Of a stretch of DNA of 64,000 nt, positions 1 through 6,497 are shown in pieces. The DNA lies in assembly GCF_964204645.1 (NCBI RefSeq), contig NC_134028.1, positions 62,001 through 126,000 on the forward strand, in the 5' to 3' direction. Within the stretch, counting starts at the first letter, position 1; every line of letters begins with the position of its first letter. Both the position numbers and the translations under genes were made by a program. The notes beneath the pieces are model-generated. The model did no database searches and was not told the origin of the DNA. It saw only the letters and a list, made by a program, of their open reading frames with translations. This DNA comes from Tubulanus polymorphus. Its lineage: Eukaryota > Animalia > Nemertea.

Positions 1-98
1 ATGCTTCTCTGATTTCTTCCATTTCCAGGTCCGACGAACACGAAGAACCGGCACCAAACCAAGCGCGACGCGATCCGGTCACCGCTCTCGGGAGCCCG

Positions 99-2399
99 GT
101 GGTCAACCTCACACGTTCACTCCGCCTAAGTCCGGCGCAACATCAGCTACTCCGAAAGGGCCTCACTTATTGCCCGACTCCAAAAATCGGTTCTGATGCC
201 GCCGCGACCGAGCGCACCAAGGGAGTGTGCCGATTCAACCGGCTAGTGAAACTCGACCATCACTTCCGAGACAAACCGGACCGCGAGGCTCCGCGTTTCC
301 GTCTGCCCAGCAGTTGGGCTCCGGATGAAATAGAACCAGTAATCGCCGGGTTCTGCAACGACGCGCACGAATTGGCTCAACAAACCAGGGATACGCGTCG
401 CGTAAATGATAACCTCACTAAACAGGAACGCGAAGCCCTCCAGCAGCTGCGTGACAACACTAATATTGTCATCAAAGCCGCCGATAAGGGTTCCGCTACG
501 GTTATCATGGACCGCGACGACTACGTCCTCGAAGCCATGCGCCAACTAGCCGATCTCGAGTATTATCAGCCGCTGCAGCAACCGATCTTCGAACAGACCG
601 GGGAAGAAATTCGCGAAATCATCGAAAATATGGCTCGACGAAAAATCATCCCGCTAAAAACCGCCGAATATCTATTACCGCCCGATAATCCGAAACAGAG
701 GCAGTTCTATCTGCTTCCCAAAATCCATAAAGAACGCGAGAAGTGGACGGTACCCGATCGCGTACCGCCGGGGAGACCGATCGTCTCCGACTGCGGCTCC
801 GAAACCTACGAAATTTCGGAATGGATCGACTACTATTTGCAGCCGATCGCCCGCGGTCACCCGTCGTACGTCAAAGATACCAACCACTTTCTAGATATTT
901 TGGCCGGTAAACAATTTAGCGCCGATGCGTTACTCGTCACCATGGACATCGATTCGCTCTACACCAACATCCCCCACGAAGAGGGTATCGCCAGCATCCG
1001 ACAAGCTCTCCGAGATAACCCGAACCCGGGACGCCCGGATGCCGAGCTGCTGAAACTACTCGAAATCAGCCTGAAGAAAAATGACTTTAACTTTAACGAA
1101 AACACATATTTACAGGTAAAAGGTACCGCAATGGGTAAGCGTTTTGCTCCTTCTTATGCCAATATCTTTGTAGCCGAATGGGAAAAAGAAGGTCTGTCCA
1201 GAAGCGAACTCCAACCATCGCTATACGCTCGGTTCATCGACGACATCTACATAGTTTGGGAACACGGCCGCGAAACGTTGATGCAATTCATCGACGTCCT
1301 ACAAACAGTGAGCCGATCCATCAAACTCAAGTTCGAAATCAGCGACACCAGCGTCAACTTCCTGGACGTAACCACCTTCAAAGGCCCGCGATTCGAGACA
1401 AGTGGCACAGTAGACACCAAAGTCTACTTCAAACCAACCGATTCGCATCAATTACTACATCGATCCTCGTTTCACCCTAAACACACATTTTCCGGTATAG
1501 TTAAAAGTCAAATTCTCCGGTTCCGGCGCATCTGCAATAACGATTCGGACTTACACGCAGCGTCCGGAACCGTCCTTAAAGTACTCAGAGGTCGTGGCTA
1601 CAAAGACCGCGAACTGCGACACATCAAAAGCCAAGCTCTACGGCACCACGCCGAACGAGATCTACGAGAACAACAACGGGCCGACGAACCGCCGAAAAAG
1701 CGTTTACCGCTTATCTTACCTCACTCCGAAGCCAACCGAACCCTAGCCCGTAACATCCGAACCAGATTTACGGAACTGGCTACGGCCACCGGCCGGTCTG
1801 ACGAGGTAACCACGGTCACCGCCTACACCAAGCACAAGAGTCTCAAAGATCTCCTAACTTCGTCGCAGCTCAAACCCACGGAGCCACCCCCTCCCCGAGT
1901 CCCCTCTTCACCGCATCGTAACAGAAATACTTCCGTTGTTTCCAATTCTTCTATTTCCAGGTCTACTCAAAGAACTCCGTCAACCCGACGTCGAGGCACC
2001 GAGAAATGCAGAACACCGAGATGTCGTACGTGTCCACTCGTCCGAGAAACAACCGTTTGCCGCAGCCACAACAAAATGCACGCGATCCGCAGCACAATTA
2101 ATTGCGCGACCCGTGAAATTGTATACTGCATCGAATGCACCAAGTGCAACATGCTGTACGTCGGCCAAACCGGAATGTCTCTACGAGAACGCGTCACTCA
2201 TCACGTCTCACGCATCAGAACGAAGAATTCGACTCCAGTCTCGGACCACTTCAACCAAGTCGACCACACCCGCGAACACTTTCGGGTGTACGGTCTCCAA
2301 CACCTACCAGGCTCCACGAGACCGATCCGCGAAGCAGCCGAACAAGACTGGATACGACGACTCGACACGAACACGCCCCGAGGCATGAACGTCCCGTAG
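99..2399 (+). CDS. PLE reverse transcriptase + GIY-YIG endonuclease (Neptune-like), copy 1; true start lies upstream
   Basis: PLE motifs: IKAADKG, PGRPIVS, LVTMDIDSLYTNIP, QVKGTAMG..FAPSYANIF, YARFIDD, FLDV, YFKPT. These are followed by a Cys linker (C..PRC.TC...NC) and GIY-YIG (IVYCIEC..C..LYVGQT..R..HH..E..WI..L.T..P.GMN). The frame is open from position 3 and the GTG at 99 is only the ORF-caller start. Confidence 0.96.
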   Translation: MVNLTRSLRLSPAQHQLLRKGLTYCPTPKIGSDAAATERTKGVCRFNRLVKLDHHFRDKPDREAPRFRLPSSWAPDEIEPVIAGFCNDAHELAQQTRDTRRVNDNLTKQEREALQQLRDNTNIVIKAADKGSATVIMDRDDYVLEAMRQLADLEYYQPLQQPIFEQTGEEIREIIENMARRKIIPLKTAEYLLPPDNPKQRQFYLLPKIHKEREKWTVPDRVPPGRPIVSDCGSETYEISEWIDYYLQPIARGHPSYVKDTNHFLDILAGKQFSADALLVTMDIDSLYTNIPHEEGIASIRQALRDNPNPGRPDAELLKLLEISLKKNDFNFNENTYLQVKGTAMGKRFAPSYANIFVAEWEKEGLSRSELQPSLYARFIDDIYIVWEHGRETLMQFIDVLQTVSRSIKLKFEISDTSVNFLDVTTFKGPRFETSGTVDTKVYFKPTDSHQLLHRSSFHPKHTFSGIVKSQILRFRRICNNDSDLHAASGTVLKVLRGRGYKDRELRHIKSQALRHHAERDLREQQRADEPPKKRLPLILPHSEANRTLARNIRTRFTELATATGRSDEVTTVTAYTKHKSLKDLLTSSQLKPTEPPPPRVPSSPHRNRNTSVVSNSSISRSTQRTPSTRRRGTEKCRTPRCRTCPLVRETTVCRSHNKMHAIRSTINCATREIVYCIECTKCNMLYVGQTGMSLRERVTHHVSRIRTKNSTPVSDHFNQVDHTREHFRVYGLQHLPGSTRPIREAAEQDWIRRLDTNTPRGMNVP

Positions 2400-2418
2400 A
2401 CCGCCTCACTACAACAAT

Positions 2419-2520
2419 TAACTCTCACTACTTTTTTACAGGGATAACCCGCTGCCCGTGCACTAGTGGGGTCTCCAAACCTTCGGTTTGGTCCCCTAAC
2501 CTCTATCTCTAAACCTAACC
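2419..2520 (+). repeat. ~100-bp terminal direct repeat (pseudo-LTR-like), 3' copy of element 1
   Basis: taactctcac...aaacctaacc recurs at 2564-2665 and 8818-8919. It contains the hairpin gggg-tct-ccaaacc-ttc-ggtttgg-t-cccc. Confidence 0.9.
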
Positions 2521-2567
2521 CTAACCCTAACCCTAACCCTAACCCTAACCCTAACCCTAACCCTAAC
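2513..2567 (+). repeat. Telomeric repeat tract (CCCTAA)8 preceded by ACCTAA
   Basis: Eight perfect CCCTAA units at 2519-2566, the reverse complement of TTAGGG. Confidence 0.98.
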
Positions 2568-2665
2568 TCTCACTACTTTTTTACAGGGATAACCCGCTGC
2601 CCGTGCACTAGTGGGGTCTCCAAACCTTCGGTTTGGTCCCCTAACCTCTATCTCTAAACCTAACC
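2564..2665 (+). repeat. Terminal direct repeat, 5' copy of element 2
   Basis: Same sequence as 2419-2520 (offset 145). It joins the telomeric tract through shared TAAC. Confidence 0.9.
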
Positions 2666-3168
2666 TTAGCCCGTGCCAGGTTTCCCTCGTAAATTATCTT
2701 AACTGATTAATTATTAATCATCAATCTATTTGCAGAATCATCCTCCGTCGCCTGAAGCAGAAACCCGCTCAGAGACAGAGTACAAAACAAACTCCAAGAT
2801 CACAAGCTCCACAGGAATCATCAACCTTTTATCTTTTAATTAGTTCTCTCTGCTTTACTTTGAAAACTCAATCGAAATTCAGTAAGTAAGAAGACAGACC
2901 AAATATCAGAAACAGTTAGAAAAATAAACAAAAGCGCGATATCGGGAACCGAACCCTAACCGCTAGTACAGACTGGTTGCCTGTCCCAGGACGATAGAAA
3001 CCGGTAACCAGTCCACCGCTATTATCTATTTCGAAAATATGCGTCAGCACTGAGATTATATCATAGAAACACCCGAAAAGTATTTATTAATCTATTATAA
3101 ATTTAGAAAGAAAGGGAATCTAGAATAGGTAAGAATATACTCAATTACTAAAACGGCGCGCCTGATCG

Positions 3169-3179
3169 GGACTCGAACC
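3169..3179 (-). promoter_or_regulatory. Pol III B-box consensus match (GGTTCGAGTCC)
   Basis: Minus strand reads cgggttcgagtcccg, a T-arm-like hairpin, followed by TTTT about 14 nt later. No clear A-box. Confidence 0.5.
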
Positions 3180-3460
3180 CGCGGCACCCGAATTAAGCTC
3201 CGGAGAATACTCGGGAACCGTACCCGCCGCTCCGAAATTAACCGCTAGTACTGACGGGTTGCCGGTGCCCCGCGTTAGATACCGGTAACCTGTCCACCGC
3301 TCTTATTTATTTTGAAAATATGCGTCGGCACTAAGATTATATCGTAGAAACATCTGAAAAGTACTATTGTATCCGTCAAAGATTCAGAATTAAAAGGAAT
3401 CCAGAATAGGTAAAAAACATTTAGAATAGAACTATTCAATTACTAAACGGCGCCTGGTCT

Positions 3461-3471
3461 GGACTCGAACC
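3461..3471 (-). promoter_or_regulatory. Pol III B-box consensus match (GGTTCGAGTCC), second copy
   Basis: Perfectly retained in the diverged duplicate. Confidence 0.5.
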
Positions 3472-4748
3472 CGCGGCACCCTAATTAACCTCCGTTTAAT
3501 CTATAACGTTCGGTCGGGGACCTAACCCGCCACGTCCTAATTAACTATTATCGTATCTACGCGCCAACTCTTGGAACATACTCTATATAGATCCGGGTGT
3601 CAAGTTTCAAATTTCTCTAAAACAGACAGTTTATTTTCGGATAACAATTCTAATGAGATCGCTCAAAAGTATTAGTAGCTATATTCAAAAACCGCACTAT
3701 AGGTTGTAGAAGTATAAGAAGTTTATAGGATAAATAATAGTCCACGGACATCAATCACTGTTTACGAGTCACTCATAATTAGTGACCGATCGGCCACCTG
3801 CGCCTCTTGACTAATTATCCGACTCAATTCTATACAAAATCGCAGTTACGACGCCTTCAAACTCATCAGTTTTTTTTCAAAGAAAACAGCCCAATATTCC
3901 CGATTCAAAAAGAGTTTTATACCCGCGCTCCGGTCTGAATATATTTGTCACATGTTCAAGTTCACATAGCTTTACTCGATCCTAATAACTCTAAATAAGC
4001 GTAGTTTATCTAATAGAATTATATTTAAGAACGTAGAATTAAAACAGACGTATTAGTAAGACATTTCTATCAAAACTCGTCACCCATAATTAGGGCTAAT
4101 TAACCACCCGCGCTCACTCAGTAATTTAGATCTTACGGGTTATAACTTCCTACTAAATCGCCGACGCCGCGCTGTCTAATTCATCCAATTTTCGGTAGAA
4201 TACCGCGTAGATATTTCAAAATCCGCTCTTAAAAGCTTTAGAATACGGAGAAAACTTGATTAACTAAGAACCGGATTTCACCATTTACGACTATTTAGTA
4301 TACACGCGTATATCGGAATACGCCTCGGCCGCGCACCGCTAATTAACGCATCTAAACTAATTAGGAATTAAGCAATTTTGAAACTGAACTCGGACATATT
4401 TCGAACATTCCGGTTCACGTATATTAATAATACATATTCTAGATTTCTCTTTATAGCAAACACTTTGAGTATTTATCAGGTTATATCGAAATAAACTTTT
4501 CAATTCTATATTAGACACGCCGTTCTTTAGATCTTTAGAACTATACATCAAAGCAAACTATTCAACAGCTAGATCAAGGGCCATAATTAGTGCTGTTTTC
4601 TAGTCACTCTGGATCAAAGGCATAATTAGTCAGACCCCTAGTTTGTCTATTAGCTTGATCACAGAAGTACAATTAGTCTAGATCACAAGGTCTCATATGG
4701 TCACTTAACTTCTAACTCAAATACTGTTCACTTGTTGCGCGCTGCGTG

Positions 4749-4780
4749 TATAAAAACCCGTGTCTAATCCTAGTTCAGCA
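4749..4780 (+). promoter_or_regulatory. Putative Pol II core promoter (TATA box, possible initiator)
   Basis: TATAAAA at 4749-4755 with tagttcagca 22-31 nt from its start. It sits at the AT-rich to GC-rich transition just before the ribozyme and ORF1. Confidence 0.55.
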
Positions 4781-4792
4781 TGATTCCTGCAC

Positions 4793-4830
4793 TGACACTG
4801 ACGAAGGCAACCTCGCCGAAATATCTGTCA
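4793..4830 (+). ncRNA. Minimal type I hammerhead ribozyme
   Basis: TGACA-CTGACGA-A-GGC-aacctc-GCC-GAAA-TA-TC-TGTCA. Stem I is tgaca/tgtca and stem II is ggc/gcc. The core is intact and palindromic ATAT replaces stem III. Predicted cleavage is after C4825. Such minimal hammerheads are typical of PLEs. Confidence 0.88.
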
Positions 4831-6342
4831 ATGGAGCGATCTACTCGAAAGAAGAAACGACCACCAGCTGAGAAGACCAGCGAGGGCGGAGGACGCCCTG
4901 AGCGACACCAGCAACCCGGGATGTCGCCGAAAACATATTATAGAGCTCTTCAAGTGGCGCACCACCTTGCCCAGTTGAGCTCTGGTCCGAAAGCGATTCG
5001 GAGGAAGAAGGACCATCTGAAGATGTTCCTGCGGCCGGCGGCTTGCACCGAAGCAGTAACGGTGCAGCTGCACGCTGCCGCGGACGTCTGGATGGAGACA
5101 GTTTCGAAAGAGCTGACCATCCATTACGCTGCCACATTTGTTCAGCTAATGGGTGATCCTCTGCCGGACTGTCTATCAGCACAGGATGTCGCCCTGACAT
5201 GGGCCCGGAGGAATTTCGGCTCCCGTCTGAGCCCCGGAACGATCCGGCTTTTCAACATCGCGCTGGATTTGCGGTCGAAATTCCGCGGTCAGGCTCTGTC
5301 TGACAAACTCAGAAATGTCCTATCTAACCCACCTTCTTCCCCTTCTCATTTCAGGTCACACCACCAGGAGGCACCCACGGAGCCGAAGATTCGTCCGCCG
5401 CCGAGACCGAGCCGGAAGATTCGAAAGCCCGCGACGCCGAGGACGCCTGCACCAACCGCAGCCGCGCCCGCCGCGCCCACAGCGCCTCCTTCTTTTTCTG
5501 ATTCCAGGTCACCGAGAAGCTACGCGGATGTCACCAGGACGCCACCAACCAGAATGGCGCCACCACCGAGAAGCCCGATGCCGACGCCGCCGCCGCCGCC
5601 ACCAAGAAGTCCGACGCCACCGAGAAGTCCGACGCCGCCGCCTCGAAACCCGACGCCGCCGCCGCCGCAGAGAACGCCGACCGCACCAACCAGCAGTCCG
5701 ACGCCGTCTCTCTCTTCTTCTCTTTCCAGCTCTCCGTCTCATTACAGGTCACCAGGGCGCCTACTGCCAGCGCGAAGTCCGACGCCAACACCGAGACCGA
5801 TGGCGCCCCAGGAAGTTCGCCGTCATCCGAAAACGGGTCGGAAGAAACAGGATTGGAGTCTGCCACCAACCCGGCGACCCATTCTGGTGATTGGTGACTC
5901 AAATCTGAGTAACATCACATCAAGCCGCCGTCCGGATGACGTCCAGATCGAGAGCTTCCCCGGCTGCAAGATAGCTCATCTCGCCGACCTGATCGATGCT
6001 GTACCGGAGCGCCGAGATCGCCCGGATACGGTGATCATCAGCGTCGGAATCAACAACCGCGACAACAACTTCGAAGCGACCGCCAAGAAGACCACACAGC
6101 GCCTGATCAACGCCGCAGTCAAGAAGTATCAGCACTCGTTCGTCCACTTCGTTCAACTCAACACGACCCGCGAACACCAGCAGTTCGCCCGGAAGTTCAA
6201 CGAATTCCTCGAGAATCACGACGACGTCACCGCGATACCACCCATCGATGATCGACGCTTCAGAGTTGTTGGAGACGGGATCCACTGGAACCGTGGTACA
6301 GCTAACACCCTGCTGGACCACTGGCTCAGTGGTTTAAACTAA
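4831..6342 (+). CDS. ORF1: basic N-terminus, helical domain, Pro/Ser/Thr-rich linker and C-terminal SGNH/GDSL esterase domain
   Basis: SGNH blocks in order: ILVIGDSN (I), SFPG (II), IISVGINN (III), DGIH (V). ATG 4831 is preferred over 4780 because the upstream ATG precedes the ribozyme cleavage site. Confidence 0.88.
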   Translation: MERSTRKKKRPPAEKTSEGGGRPERHQQPGMSPKTYYRALQVAHHLAQLSSGPKAIRRKKDHLKMFLRPAACTEAVTVQLHAAADVWMETVSKELTIHYAATFVQLMGDPLPDCLSAQDVALTWARRNFGSRLSPGTIRLFNIALDLRSKFRGQALSDKLRNVLSNPPSSPSHFRSHHQEAPTEPKIRPPPRPSRKIRKPATPRTPAPTAAAPAAPTAPPSFSDSRSPRSYADVTRTPPTRMAPPPRSPMPTPPPPPPRSPTPPRSPTPPPRNPTPPPPQRTPTAPTSSPTPSLSSSLSSSPSHYRSPGRLLPARSPTPTPRPMAPQEVRRHPKTGRKKQDWSLPPTRRPILVIGDSNLSNITSSRRPDDVQIESFPGCKIAHLADLIDAVPERRDRPDTVIISVGINNRDNNFEATAKKTTQRLINAAVKKYQHSFVHFVQLNTTREHQQFARKFNEFLENHDDVTAIPPIDDRRFRVVGDGIHWNRGTANTLLDHWLSGLN

Positions 6343-6369
6343 GTATTAGTGAGACCAACGGGTCCACTA
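6333..6369 (+). promoter_or_regulatory. Putative -1 programmed ribosomal frameshift signal
   Basis: T_TTA_AAC (6333-6339) is correctly phased in ORF1 directly before TAA. A 7-nt spacer leads to the hairpin tagtg-a-gacc-aacg-ggtc-cacta (6347-6369). The -1 frame is the RT frame and is open to 8798. Confidence 0.82.
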
Positions 6370-6497
6370 TTGGTGAGTTAAATCAACCGGAATTAACCAA
6401 TGCTTCTCTGATTTCTTCCATTTCCAGGTCCGACGAACACGAAGAACCGGCACCAAACCAAGCGCGACGCGATCCGGTCACCGCTCTCGGGAGCCCG

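Larger units (their letters stand above)
1..2567 (+). mobile_element. Penelope-like retroelement, copy 1 (5' part lies outside the window)
   Basis: Contains the RT-GIY-YIG ORF, 3' UTR and (CCCTAA)n tail. It matches 6400-8933 at offset 6399, with three substitutions noticed (529/6928, 1376/7775, 2178/8577). Confidence 0.95.
2943..3545. repeat. Diverged ~280-290 bp tandem duplication in the element spacer
   Basis: Shared blocks taaccgctagtac (about 2957 and 3239), gaaaatatgcgtc, gattatatc.tagaaaca, agaataggtaa, tcaattactaaa and ggactcgaacccgcggcacc (3169, 3461). Confidence 0.85.

Noticed and set aside
243-2512. Short overlapping ORFs inside the RT-EN gene (also in copy 2 and within ORF1)
   Set aside because: Shadow frames of GC-rich coding sequence with no recognisable motifs.
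2466-2657. 63-aa ORF with a PNPNPN tract
   Set aside because: It is just the translation of (CCCTAA)n.
3150-3235. Possible tRNA gene on the minus strand
   Set aside because: Only a T-arm/B-box and a weak anticodon-like stem are present, with no D-arm, A-box or acceptor stem. Kept only as a B-box observation.
4357-4551. 64-aa minus-strand ORF in the spacer
   Set aside because: Short, AT-rich and without motifs; expected by chance.
4780-4830. ATG 4780 as the ORF1 start
   Set aside because: It lies at the presumed transcription start and its 17 codons mostly overlap the hammerhead. ATG 4831 is more plausible, though unproven.
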